Program-made: the position numbers and the translations under genes
Shown here: one piece after another, positions 51,808-61,249 of the stretch
Layout of the letters: each line of letters begins with the position of its first letter
Numbering within the stretch: the stretch's first letter is position 1
Notes under the pieces: generated by a model
What the model was told of the DNA's origin: nothing
The model's input: the letters and a program-made list of their open reading frames with translations, nothing else
Database searches by the model: none
Origin: Chlamydiota bacterium
Lineage (GTDB): Bacteria; Chlamydiota; Chlamydiia; Chlamydiales; JACKPQ01
Length of the DNA: 64,000 nucleotides
Direction of reading: 5' to 3'
NCBI GenBank assembly: GCA_021772435.1
Contig: JAJFLZ010000037.1
Location: 47,673-111,672 of the forward strand

Positions 51808-53307
51808 ATGTCCAATATTGGTCTTCATATTGATGGTTCTTTAATGCACCTGGCGCTGATAAAAAAGCGCAAAAATGCATTTGAAATCCAATCCTTAAAG
51901 CAAACAGACACATTGCTCTCTGAATCTTTTTTTGAAAAAAAAATTGAAATTACAACCGGATTATCCTGCCATGACACGTTGATTCGAACGATCAACATCC
52001 CTCTTGCCAAACGAAAAAGCGTCTTAGCAGCCCTTCCATTTCAAATTGAACACCAAGTGCCTTATCCCTTAGACGATCTCATCATCAATACAAGCCTTCA
52101 CTCTATTGATAAAAGTTCAACAAGCGCCCAAATTATCGCAAGTCCAAAAACCAAAATTGAAGCGCACTTAAGACTATTGCAAGACCGTGGGATTAGCAGC
52201 AGCTGGGTAGCATCTAATGCGACTGCACTCGAGCGCTACTGCAAACACTATTATCCAGACGTTTCGAACCTAATTGCTGTATTTTTTGGAAATAAAGAAA
52301 CATCGCTTATCTCCATCATAGACAATCAATTATCTACCTCTACATCTATTCCGATTGGCTATGGTCATTTTATCGAAATATGGCATAGCGAAAACCCCAA
52401 CCAATCCTTTCCAAAAAATCATTCTGATATTTTTTCAGGTAAAAAAAACGACGTGCACAAACTCAAAAGCCGCTATTTCAAAGAATTAGATCGTTGTATT
52501 CACTTTATCAAAGACAGATGTAAAACCGCTTTACATATGAATGGGCTCTCTCTTGGATATTTCAACGAATTTTTCGGATCTGATCCAATCATTGAAAATC
52601 CAATAGAAGATCGCAACGAATCCGATAAAGCTCCTTTTGCTATCGCCATTGGCTTGGCACTTGATACAGCCAAACAGGATGACAAGACAGTGCAAATGCG
52701 CCAAGATCCCTTTACGCCCTCAGCACATTTAGGAAGGCTTGGTAAAAAACTCTGCTATTGTTTTTTCCTGACCTCTCTTCTAGCTTTTTTTTCGCTTTTT
52801 TTCACAAAAGCTCTTCTATATCGAAAAGAAATTCAACTCGAGCGTGATATTAATGCTTTTATAGAGGGCTGGGGCGGAGCCCGGAAGCTTTCGCCTGCAT
52901 CCTTTGCCCTAGCGCATGAAAAGCACCCTGGCAAGCGAATAGAGTACAAAATAGACCGTCTAAAAAACATCCTGAGAGCACAAAAAGGATTTTTTCCCGT
53001 TGTTTCAGATATGCCCCTTGTGAGTCACGTACTAGCAACCTTAAGTGAAACGCCAATATTCAAAGACGTGAATATCCAATCTTTCAATTATCAGCTCCTT
53101 CAGTATCCCATGCTCAATAAGCCATTTACACCTTCTGAGGGAATTATCCAGCTTTACATGAAAATTTCAGATCCCAGTATTGCTAAACAAGTTCAAGATT
53201 ATCTTCAAAATGACTGTCCCTTAGTTGATCAATCTCATCCTCTTCGCTTTGAAAGGTCCTCTAATGGATACTCTGTGGAATTCTCAATGAAAAAGGATCG
53301 AAAATGA
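51808..53307 (+). CDS. GspL/PilM-PilN-like inner membrane protein
   Basis: IGLHIDG start, IRTINIP...ALPFQIE..VPYPLDD, FG..TS...IPIG actin-like pattern; single TM then periplasmic domain. Confidence 0.6.
   Translation: MSNIGLHIDGSLMHLALIKKRKNAFEIQSLKQTDTLLSESFFEKKIEITTGLSCHDTLIRTINIPLAKRKSVLAALPFQIEHQVPYPLDDLIINTSLHSIDKSSTSAQIIASPKTKIEAHLRLLQDRGISSSWVASNATALERYCKHYYPDVSNLIAVFFGNKETSLISIIDNQLSTSTSIPIGYGHFIEIWHSENPNQSFPKNHSDIFSGKKNDVHKLKSRYFKELDRCIHFIKDRCKTALHMNGLSLGYFNEFFGSDPIIENPIEDRNESDKAPFAIAIGLALDTAKQDDKTVQMRQDPFTPSAHLGRLGKKLCYCFFLTSLLAFFSLFFTKALLYRKEIQLERDINAFIEGWGGARKLSPASFALAHEKHPGKRIEYKIDRLKNILRAQKGFFPVVSDMPLVSHVLATLSETPIFKDVNIQSFNYQLLQYPMLNKPFTPSEGIIQLYMKISDPSIAKQVQDYLQNDCPLVDQSHPLRFERSSNGYSVEFSMKKDRK
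52518..52536 (-). repeat. 19-bp palindromic repeat, copy 4 (inside the GspL-like CDS)
   Basis: ATGTAAAACCGCTTTACAT, read as R-C-K-T-A-L-H. Confidence 0.9.
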
Positions 53308-53975
53308 AGTTCAGTTTTTCTAAAACTTTCCCATGGAAGCATTTTCTTTTGCGCCCTGCATTCCTCGTTTTTTTTATTTGTGCAGCCTTCATGCCAACGT
53401 TTTACTGTTTATTTTCTTACTACAAAAAATCTGAAAAATTCGAGGCCTTACAGGAAGAATACTTTGCCTTAAAACCTAAAATTGCCAAAGTTTTAACCAA
53501 TAAAAATAATGAGCATACATTCTTAAAGCTTTATGCTAATTCCGACCGGTTTTACACAGAAACTCATCTGGAAAAAATGAAGTTTTTAGAGCCTGAAGTT
53601 AAGCAACTGAAATTCTTAGCTAATTATAACTCTTTTGCTAGGTGTGCTAGCCTAAACAATCGATTGCAAAAACTTTCCTCTGAATTAAATCGGTTGCGCC
53701 TATCTCAGATAGATTGCCATACATCGAGGCTAACCCAAGAGACGCAGCAAAAACTTCTAACTCCAGTCGAAGTAGACCGAGAAGACCTTCACAAACTTTT
53801 AGCATACATTGAAGGTGTGCCAATTGGTCCCATCCAATCTCCTGTCGGACGTCCCAATTTGCAGCTCACCCGTTTTTCACTTACAAAACAGACTGCAACC
53901 GGTGATCGTGATACATACGCCATTGATTTCGATTTAGTTAAAAGAGAACCTATCTTACCAAAGGATGCGCGATGA
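53304..53975 (+). CDS. Bitopic membrane protein, possibly GspM/PilO-like
   Basis: N-terminal TM, helical region, C-terminal alpha/beta pattern; ATGA-coupled to both neighbours. Confidence 0.55.
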   Translation: MKFSFSKTFPWKHFLLRPAFLVFFICAAFMPTFYCLFSYYKKSEKFEALQEEYFALKPKIAKVLTNKNNEHTFLKLYANSDRFYTETHLEKMKFLEPEVKQLKFLANYNSFARCASLNNRLQKLSSELNRLRLSQIDCHTSRLTQETQQKLLTPVEVDREDLHKLLAYIEGVPIGPIQSPVGRPNLQLTRFSLTKQTATGDRDTYAIDFDLVKREPILPKDAR

Positions 53976-55216
53976 AACGATTTCTTTGTGCCCTACTATT
54001 TCTCATTGGTTGTAATCACCCAAACTCGGATGAAAATACAATTGCTAGCATACACATCATCGACCGTAATGGTTTAACAGAAACAATTAGCGAAGGTGCA
54101 CGCATCAAAGCGCTGCAAACAAATGACTTTTTAAGCTCACAGCCCTACAAAAAAGTTACACGTACCTTGAAAAAAACTGACACTGGTAAAGTGCCAAGCC
54201 TTATCACAACATATCATGCCAACGGCCAACTATGGCAATATCTGGAAGTCTTGGATGGGCGCGCTCATGGTCTCTATCGTGAATTTTTTCCAACGGGTCA
54301 AAAAAGACTCGAAGCTACTGTCATCGAAGGAGAAGGGGACTTAACCCAAAATGCTCAAGACGACTGGATATTCGAAGGGAAAAATACAGCTTGGGATGAG
54401 CAAGGTCATCTTGTCGCTGAAATCTCTTACTTAAAAGGTTTTTTGGAGGGTCCCTCTATTTACTACCATCCTAACGGACAGATTCAACGCCACGTTCCAT
54501 ATAGCAGAGGTAGCATCCAAGGCACCATATCTCACTATGATGAGCAAAGCCAAGTAATCGGCAGTGAAAGTTTCGATAAAGGAAATTTAAACGGCATCTC
54601 TCAATTTCAAGGCTCCGGCTTATCTCCTGCATATCGAGAAACCTACCAAGACAATAAACTCATCGAAGGAACCTATTTTGATCTAAAGGGGCAATGCATA
54701 GCAGAAATCCGCCATGGGCATGGTGAAAAAATCATCTTTGAAGATGGGGCTTTATCAAAAAAAATCGAATATCACAAAGGCTTGCCAAGCGGCTTAGTCA
54801 AACTTTATGCACCGGACGGTCTTTTGAAATCTGAATATCACCTTCACAATGAAAAAAAACATGGTGAAGAATGGATTTATCACAAAAGCGGTCAGCCTAA
54901 AATGCTTATTTCTTGGTATGACGATCAAATTCACGGTACAGTCAAAACCTGGTTTGAAAATGGTGTCATAGAAAGCCAAAAAGAGATGTGCCACAACATG
55001 CGTCACGGGCATAACTTTGCTTGGTACAAAGATGGTAGCTTGATGTTGATCGAAGATTACGAGAGTGGTCAGCTCGTTAAGGGCTCCTACATGAAAAAAG
55101 GCAGCAAAGAACCTATTACAGTTATCAAAAACGGCAACGGTTTTGCGGCTTTACATGATGCTGATGGTTTTTTTCTAAAAAAAATTGAGTATAAAGATGG
55201 AAAGCCCCTTGAATAA
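53972..55216 (+). CDS. MORN-repeat (YwqK-like) lipoprotein
   Basis: LIGC lipobox; repeated G..HG...Y..NG units. Confidence 0.85.
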   Translation: MKRFLCALLFLIGCNHPNSDENTIASIHIIDRNGLTETISEGARIKALQTNDFLSSQPYKKVTRTLKKTDTGKVPSLITTYHANGQLWQYLEVLDGRAHGLYREFFPTGQKRLEATVIEGEGDLTQNAQDDWIFEGKNTAWDEQGHLVAEISYLKGFLEGPSIYYHPNGQIQRHVPYSRGSIQGTISHYDEQSQVIGSESFDKGNLNGISQFQGSGLSPAYRETYQDNKLIEGTYFDLKGQCIAEIRHGHGEKIIFEDGALSKKIEYHKGLPSGLVKLYAPDGLLKSEYHLHNEKKHGEEWIYHKSGQPKMLISWYDDQIHGTVKTWFENGVIESQKEMCHNMRHGHNFAWYKDGSLMLIEDYESGQLVKGSYMKKGSKEPITVIKNGNGFAALHDADGFFLKKIEYKDGKPLE

Positions 55217-55742
55217 AACCATCTTACGCGAGCAATACAAACTCATCCGGCAGCAATTGCCAAAAAATCGACAACTCATAGCTAGAGAAGCTCTAATTAG
55301 TGAGCTTTATCCTTCTCTTAAATCATTCTCTTGCATTCTGTCTTTTTCCAGCTTTCACGGTGAGATTGATCTTTGGCCTTTAAACCAACTACTAGCTAGC
55401 GAGGGCCGTCTATGCCTTCCGAGGATGGATAACCATCAAATACACGCCTATGGTGTATCTGACATTGAAAACCAGCTTCTCAAGTCCGATCACGGTCCCT
55501 TAGAGCCAAATCCTCAATTTTGCCAACCGATTGCAAAAGAAAAATTAGATTGCATCTTGGTACCAGGCCTTTGCTTCGATCAAGACAACAATCGGTTAGG
55601 TTACGGTTTAGGACACTTTGACCGATTTTTAAAAGGTATTTTAACTATCCCCATGTACGGTATCGGGTTCAAAGAACAACTTATCTCAAAACTGCCTGTT
55701 GAATCACACGATATTCGCTTAACAAAAGTCTATCTTTTTTAA
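55185..55742 (+). CDS. ygfA: 5-formyltetrahydrofolate cyclo-ligase (start possibly TTG at 55209)
   Basis: K..LR, LVPGLCFD..NRLGYGLGHFDRFL, ESHDI. Confidence 0.93.
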   Translation: MSIKMESPLNKTILREQYKLIRQQLPKNRQLIAREALISELYPSLKSFSCILSFSSFHGEIDLWPLNQLLASEGRLCLPRMDNHQIHAYGVSDIENQLLKSDHGPLEPNPQFCQPIAKEKLDCILVPGLCFDQDNNRLGYGLGHFDRFLKGILTIPMYGIGFKEQLISKLPVESHDIRLTKVYLF

Positions 55743-55759
55743 GAAATTTCAGATACACT

Positions 55760-56020
55760 TTGGTTATGATTGCGTATATTGTCCACTGGGCATTCAAAAT
55801 TTACTTTATACTACTTATTGTGCGTATTATCGGCTCATGGGTTCCCCAATTTCAACAGAGTAAAATTATGAAATTTGTGAGCTTTTATACAGACCCTTAC
55901 CTAAATCTTTTCCGCCGCTTCATCCCACCTATTGGTGGCATTGACTTTAGCCCTCTTGTCGCTTTCATCGTTTTACAAGGGCTTCAAACTCTCATTCTTG
56001 GCCTTTTATCGTCCCTATGA
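55760..56020 (+). CDS. yggT: YggT family membrane protein
   Basis: SWVP, TDPYL..FRRFIPPIGGIDFSP. Confidence 0.93.
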   Translation: MVMIAYIVHWAFKIYFILLIVRIIGSWVPQFQQSKIMKFVSFYTDPYLNLFRRFIPPIGGIDFSPLVAFIVLQGLQTLILGLLSSL

Positions 56021-57027
56021 TTCATTCCTTGCAACTTGGTTCTCTTACCCTACCCACTAATGTGATCTGTGCGCCGCTTGCTGGTTGTACAAACCTAACA
56101 TGGCGCCGCATGCTCAAGCGCTACAAACCAGGTCTCATGTTTTGCGAAATGGTCAAAATGGAGGCGTTAATTCGCGCTGATCCCAACACTTATCGTATTC
56201 TCGATTACGACAATGATATGCACCCGATTGGAGCTCAAATTTGCGGCAGCAACATCGATATCGCTGCGCAATCAGCACAACTGATCGAGGAAATGGGATT
56301 TGATGTACTTGATCTCAATTGTGGCTGCCCCGTTGATAAAGTGACAAAAGACGGCAGTGGATCCGGCTTACTGCAGCACCCTGAAAAAATCGGGGAGATT
56401 CTTCATCGGATGGTTCAAGCCGTCGATATACCGGTCACCGTAAAAATACGTGCTGGATGGGATGAGTGCGAAATCAATGCACCTACAATCGTTCAAATTG
56501 CAGAGCAAGCTGGCGCTAGCGCCATTGCTATTCACGGCCGCACACGCACGCAAGGTTACAAAGGCCAGGCTAATCTAGATTGGATCAAAGCTTGTAAAGA
56601 GAAGGCATCGAGCATCAAGGTCTACGGCAACGGCGATATCTTCGACCCCGAAAGCGCCGCTCGTATGTTTCAAGAAACGGGCTGTGATGCGATATTACTT
56701 GCCAGGGGAACACTGGGCAAGCCCTGGATCATTGAAGACATTACGCGGGCTTTATCAGGCCTTCCCCCCATTCAACGCACCTCGGATGATTACCGCGAAA
56801 TCCTGCTTTCCCATTTAGACGATATCGAAAGCTATCATAATGACCGCAAATCTTTGATCGAAATGCGTAAAATCGGTTGCTGGTACCTCAAAAAAAGTAG
56901 TGGAACAAAAGCTCTTCGTGAGGCGCTCAATAAAGCCTCGTCCGTTAGTTCTGCAAGATCTGTGATCGAATCATATGATTGGGAGCAAACGTCTTTTCAT
57001 ACCGAAGAGGCTCTAGCATGCTGCTAA
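56017..57027 (+). CDS. dusB: tRNA dihydrouridine synthase
   Basis: APLAG, DLNCGCPV, TVKIRAGW, IHGRTR, GNGDI. Confidence 0.95.
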   Translation: MIHSLQLGSLTLPTNVICAPLAGCTNLTWRRMLKRYKPGLMFCEMVKMEALIRADPNTYRILDYDNDMHPIGAQICGSNIDIAAQSAQLIEEMGFDVLDLNCGCPVDKVTKDGSGSGLLQHPEKIGEILHRMVQAVDIPVTVKIRAGWDECEINAPTIVQIAEQAGASAIAIHGRTRTQGYKGQANLDWIKACKEKASSIKVYGNGDIFDPESAARMFQETGCDAILLARGTLGKPWIIEDITRALSGLPPIQRTSDDYREILLSHLDDIESYHNDRKSLIEMRKIGCWYLKKSSGTKALREALNKASSVSSARSVIESYDWEQTSFHTEEALACC

Positions 57028-57278
57028 TCCGTATCCAGGGCGATGTCATTGGTGTTGGCTTTCGAGCAACCACTCAACGCTTTGCACATGAGCTCAATCT
57101 CACAGGCTATGTGCGAAACATGCAAGATGGAACAGTAGAGATTGGTTTAGATGGCAATCAAGATAACGCCCACGCTCTTTTAAGCAAGCTAAAATCCGCT
57201 GGCTTTACACGTATTGATCACACGAGCATTACAGAGCAACCCGGTTCTACAGAGGCGTTAGGTTTCGAAATTAAGTAA
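57018..57278 (+). CDS. acyP: Acylphosphatase
   Basis: GDVIGVGFR and LTGYVRNMQDGTVE. Confidence 0.9.
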   Translation: MLLIRIQGDVIGVGFRATTQRFAHELNLTGYVRNMQDGTVEIGLDGNQDNAHALLSKLKSAGFTRIDHTSITEQPGSTEALGFEIK

Positions 57279-57359
57279 CCTGAGTTTCGGGTTTATATCA
57301 TTCATCTTCAGGTATCTTAGCTGCTCTGAATCTAAACAATCAAAACCCGGAACTCAGGT
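57278..57359. mobile_element. MITE-like inverted-repeat element, copy 2
   Basis: 17-bp inverted repeats ACCTGAGTT(T/C)CGGGTTT; TAAGTA direct repeat on both sides; loop shared with copy 1. Confidence 0.75.
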
Positions 57360-57364
57360 TAAGT

Positions 57365-57394
57365 AAAAAAAAACCGGCTGGTTTCCCAGCCGGT
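57365..57394 (-). terminator. Rho-independent terminator of the porin gene
   Basis: ACCGGCTGG/CCAGCCGGT stem followed by a U-tract on the minus strand. Confidence 0.85.
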
Positions 57395-57421
57395 GAAAAT
57401 AAACAACCACTGAACTTTAAA

Positions 57422-58579
57422 TTAGAAGTCCCAGCGGCCTGTAACAGTCAGACCATGCATAGAAAAATCTTCAGACCATCTCTCGTATTTCAGAGGAGCT
57501 GCATCATCGATTTTTAGCATCTGGTTAACTCTCCACCAGTATTGTCCATCGTAGCCCACTCTGAATCCCATATGTTGTTTATCACAATCAAAAAAGAGAT
57601 CGTACGCAATACCACTGAAAATCTGCACTGTTGGCACCATTTTGTGAGTATTTGCACTAAGCTTAAGGCGTTGAGTGCTATTAGAGCTGAAGCTTTCACG
57701 ATGATCTACATCGAAAAATCCGTACAATAAAGCTCCTAAGCCATCAGCAAAGAAACTAAAGCCTTTTCCTAGAAACCACTTTGAGTTAATACCAATTTCC
57801 GGGCCCACACCCTTAAAGTTTGAGTCTTCCGAAATTTTGTAGGTATTAGGACCAAGTGGAATAATATCAACACCACAAAACATGGGTTGCGTAACTCCAG
57901 TTGTTCCGCAAAATTTTGTTACTTGATTTAGGTCAATCCAAGCAATTTTCGCACCCCAAAATGGGCGCAACGAAAGCTCTCGACTTAGGAAGTAATTGCG
58001 ACCAAGCTGAACATCAACAGAGTCAAAGTCAATGTCATATTGCGACTTTCCTCTTGTACCCACAAACGTTCCAGCATTTACACTAGCGGGATCAGGACAA
58101 AGTCCTCCACGCAAAGGAATAACTAAGCTGTTGTTGCATCCACCTGAACTGACGGATTTGCTGTCGCCGGATCCAAAGTGTGTATAGTTGGCATATATGT
58201 CCCAACCATCAAAATCGAAGTTATAACCGAGCCCTATTCTAGCGCCCCAGTCCCAGCCAAAGTCCATCTCTTTGGTTCGGCCTTTGATGGGATAGTCCAT
58301 TGTTGGATTATTATCAGTGTATGCAAACTCTGTGCCACCTACAAACGGCTTCCAATAAAGCACATCTAAAGTTAAGAACCAATTGCATTCTTCTTTTGAC
58401 GGTTTAGCATTCGCTGTATGAGCGCCAAAGCCGCCATATGCGTTATCTGTGCCTGCCTGCTGCATTTGTTTCTCAAGCATGTCGACACGAGATTCCATAT
58501 CTGAGGCAGCTATTCCTGTTGAAGACGCCACTAAGGCAGCGACCGCAACCGGCAACTTCTTCAGTATATTACTATTCAT
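57422..58579 (-). CDS. Lpg1974/MOMP-like outer membrane porin, tandem copy 2
   Basis: Signal peptide from MNSNILKK; DVLYWK, WDWGARIGLGY, GYDGQYWW, terminal RWDF; Cys-rich. Confidence 0.88.
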   Translation of the reverse strand: MNSNILKKLPVAVAALVASSTGIAASDMESRVDMLEKQMQQAGTDNAYGGFGAHTANAKPSKEECNWFLTLDVLYWKPFVGGTEFAYTDNNPTMDYPIKGRTKEMDFGWDWGARIGLGYNFDFDGWDIYANYTHFGSGDSKSVSSGGCNNSLVIPLRGGLCPDPASVNAGTFVGTRGKSQYDIDFDSVDVQLGRNYFLSRELSLRPFWGAKIAWIDLNQVTKFCGTTGVTQPMFCGVDIIPLGPNTYKISEDSNFKGVGPEIGINSKWFLGKGFSFFADGLGALLYGFFDVDHRESFSSNSTQRLKLSANTHKMVPTVQIFSGIAYDLFFDCDKQHMGFRVGYDGQYWWRVNQMLKIDDAAPLKYERWSEDFSMHGLTVTGRWDF

Positions 58580-58731
58580 GTTTCCCTCATCATTAAAATT
58601 ACCGAGTATCTGAAGAATCGCTACCGCTGAAATTACAAAAAGCGTTAGCGCCGCCTTCTTCCTGAACTCTATTTTGTTATTTTTGCCTTTCACAAATGAA
58701 ACTGCTATCCACTGCTATTTCTTTAAATGGG

Positions 58732-58760
58732 TGAAGGGCAGAGGTCGGATCTGCCCTTCA
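58732..58760 (-). terminator. Intergenic hairpin after porin copy 1 (terminator or mRNA-stabilising stem)
   Basis: TGAAGGGCAGA-N7-TCTGCCCTTCA, 11-bp perfect stem; no clear U-tract. Confidence 0.55.
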
Positions 58761-58786
58761 ATTCTTAATATCTTTGCTCGTCTAGC

Positions 58787-59932
58787 TTAGAAATCCCAAC
58801 GGAAATCTACTGTTAGACCGTGCATGCTAACATCTTCTGACCATCTCTCATATTTCAGAGGAGCTGCATCATCGATTTTTAACATTTGGTTAGCTCTCCA
58901 CCAGTATTGGCCATCATAACCAACTCTGAATCCGAAATGCTGTCTGTCGCAATCAAAGAAGATATCGTATCCGATACCTGCAAAGATTTGAGCTGTTGGA
59001 ACCATCTTGTGAGTGTTTCCGCTTAGCTTGATTCTACGACCGTCAATTCCAGTCAACTTTTCTTTGTGGTCCACATCGAAGTAACCGTAAAGAAGAGCAC
59101 CTAGACCATCAGCGAAGAAGCTGAAACCTTTAGCTAAATGCCACTTGCCGTTAAAGCCGAGCTCAGGGCCAATACCCCAGAAATTTGAGCTTTCGTTGAT
59201 TTTAACAGTATTTGGTCCAAGAGAAGTGATCGTCTGACCACAAAATGTTGTAGTACCTGAACCGCCGCAGTAACGTGTTACTTGCTCTAAATCAATCCAA
59301 GCTGTCTTAGCACCAAAGAATGGACGCATAGACAAGTACTTGCTTAAAAAGTAGTTGCGGCCTAAGTTTAAATCGATACTGTCAAAGTTGAAGTCAAACT
59401 GTGACTTAGCTCTTGTTCCGAAAAACGTCTGAGCGTTTTGTGGATCAGCTGCAGTACAAATTCCACCGCGTAGTGGCATTATGATGCTATTGCAACCGCC
59501 AGTTGTCGAGCTGCTAGATCCATTGCTAAAGTATGTATACTCAGCATATAAATCCCAACCATCGTGGCAGAAGTTATAACCAAGGCCAATTCTAGCGCCC
59601 CAGTCCCAGCTGAAGTCCATGTCTTTTGTGCGACCCTTAACAGGGTAGCTTGGTAGCGGGTTGTTGTCTGAGTATGCAAACTCAGTTCCGCCAACACCGG
59701 CTTTCCAATAAAGCACATCAACTGTAATGTACCAGTTGTTGTTATCTTTTGTTGGGCGGGCATTCGCTGTTTGAGCGCCATAGCCGCCAAACGCGTTTTC
59801 GGTGCCCACTTGCGCCATTTGCTTTTCAAGCTGCTCCACTCTCGAGTGAAGATCTGACGCTGAAAAAGCGACAGACGTTACAGCAAGAGAAGCTAAGGCT
59901 AGGGCAACCTTATTAAATATGCTTACTTTCAT
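58787..59932 (-). CDS. Lpg1974/MOMP-like outer membrane porin, tandem copy 1
   Basis: Signal peptide; same barrel motifs as the neighbour; terminal RWDF; GAGG SD. Confidence 0.88.
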   Translation of the reverse strand: MKVSIFNKVALALASLAVTSVAFSASDLHSRVEQLEKQMAQVGTENAFGGYGAQTANARPTKDNNNWYITVDVLYWKAGVGGTEFAYSDNNPLPSYPVKGRTKDMDFSWDWGARIGLGYNFCHDGWDLYAEYTYFSNGSSSSTTGGCNSIIMPLRGGICTAADPQNAQTFFGTRAKSQFDFNFDSIDLNLGRNYFLSKYLSMRPFFGAKTAWIDLEQVTRYCGGSGTTTFCGQTITSLGPNTVKINESSNFWGIGPELGFNGKWHLAKGFSFFADGLGALLYGYFDVDHKEKLTGIDGRRIKLSGNTHKMVPTAQIFAGIGYDIFFDCDRQHFGFRVGYDGQYWWRANQMLKIDDAAPLKYERWSEDVSMHGLTVDFRWDF

Positions 59933-60159
59933 CTCTTACCTCATGGGTGTTAATGTCAATTATTCTGACTGTTTATAATTCCCCTATAAACAATAACAAT
60001 TATTTTTAAAACAATTTTTATTATTTATTTTTGGATTCCCTTAAATTCCACATGAGATGAAGCGCCATTTTGCCTCCTCAGGGGTTTAATAGAATCCCTT
60101 CTTTCTTCTTTTTCATATATTATATAATAAATATTTTAAACAGATTTTTAATTAAAAAC

Positions 60160-61116
60160 CTATACTCTTGATAGATAGTGTTTTGCACCCAGTAAAGCAG
60201 TTTGCTCTTCTAGTACAACCTTCACAGGAATGGCTCCCAACAAATCAGAAAACCGCCCTTTATTACGATAGGACTCCATAAATCCTCCATTTTTTATGAC
60301 AGATAGAATCTTTGGAGCAATCCCACCTCCTAAAAAAACACCACCGGTCGAAAGAAGCTTTAAAGCCAAATTGCCAGCCTCTGCTCCGTATAGAGAAATA
60401 AAAATATCCAAAGCATGCTTACAAGTATCGCATTCTCCAGAAACACCTTTTTCAGATATAAGCTTTGGCAAATCAGACTCATCTGCAATCTGACCTACCG
60501 AATCCACACATTTTTGAGTATCGATTAAAAACTGATAAATATTTGCTAGACCTGGGCCTGATAAAACGCGCTCAAAAGAAACATGCCCAAATTTTTCCTT
60601 CAAATATGACAAGAGCTCTACTTCTAAATCCGTTTGTGGAGCAAAATCTGCATGCCCCCCCTCTGTTGCAAAAGGAAGGTGTGCTCTTCCATCAAAGTAC
60701 ATGCCAGCTTCACCAAGTCCTGTCCCAGCAGAAATAAGAGCTTGGTTTCCTTTAGCGCTAGAATCGCCTTGATTAAGAACATATAGCTGATCCGCTGATA
60801 GCTCATTGAGACCCCAAGCGTTTGCCTCTAAATCATTAATCAAATACACGTTTTGAATCTTCCGCTCTTTAGCGATTTCTGCGCTATCGACAATCCAAGG
60901 CAAATTCGTGGCTTGACACCTTCCATCTCTTACCGGACCAGCAATCCCAAAACAAGCTTTCTCTACTTGCGTATCATCACCTTTAAAAAAAGCTTCGATA
61001 ATGAGCGAAAGACTTTGAAAATCACGGCTTGGAAATTTTTGATCTCTTACAAACCTGTCACCCTCAACTAAAGCAAGATGAGTTTTGGTGCCCCCGATAT
61101 CGCCGATTAGATGCAT
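60160..61116 (-). CDS. glk: Glucokinase
   Basis: GDIGGTKT, GIAGPV, TNLPW, INDLEA, AGTGLG, EGGH, ERVLSGPG. Confidence 0.96.
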   Translation of the reverse strand: MHLIGDIGGTKTHLALVEGDRFVRDQKFPSRDFQSLSLIIEAFFKGDDTQVEKACFGIAGPVRDGRCQATNLPWIVDSAEIAKERKIQNVYLINDLEANAWGLNELSADQLYVLNQGDSSAKGNQALISAGTGLGEAGMYFDGRAHLPFATEGGHADFAPQTDLEVELLSYLKEKFGHVSFERVLSGPGLANIYQFLIDTQKCVDSVGQIADESDLPKLISEKGVSGECDTCKHALDIFISLYGAEAGNLALKLLSTGGVFLGGGIAPKILSVIKNGGFMESYRNKGRFSDLLGAIPVKVVLEEQTALLGAKHYLSRV

Positions 61117-61249
61117 ACACGTTCCCCCTATCCTTCTTTTAACCTCATGGTGGTTTCTTTTCTATACCTGTTCAACTATCCAAGCTTTACATGGATAAGT
61201 TTTTTTTGCTCATTTTTCTAATGCACTTACATTTAGAAGATTTAGTCAA

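Noticed and set aside
53972-55216. YwqK toxin-antitoxin module
   Set aside because: The similarity reflects MORN repeats only; the protein has a lipobox and no adjacent toxin gene
58661-58670. CCTGAACTCT as a third MITE copy
   Set aside because: No partner arm and no shared loop sequence
58580-58693. N-terminal extension of the 423-aa porin ORF
   Set aside because: The ATG at 58579 has an SD and gives a signal peptide matching the paralog
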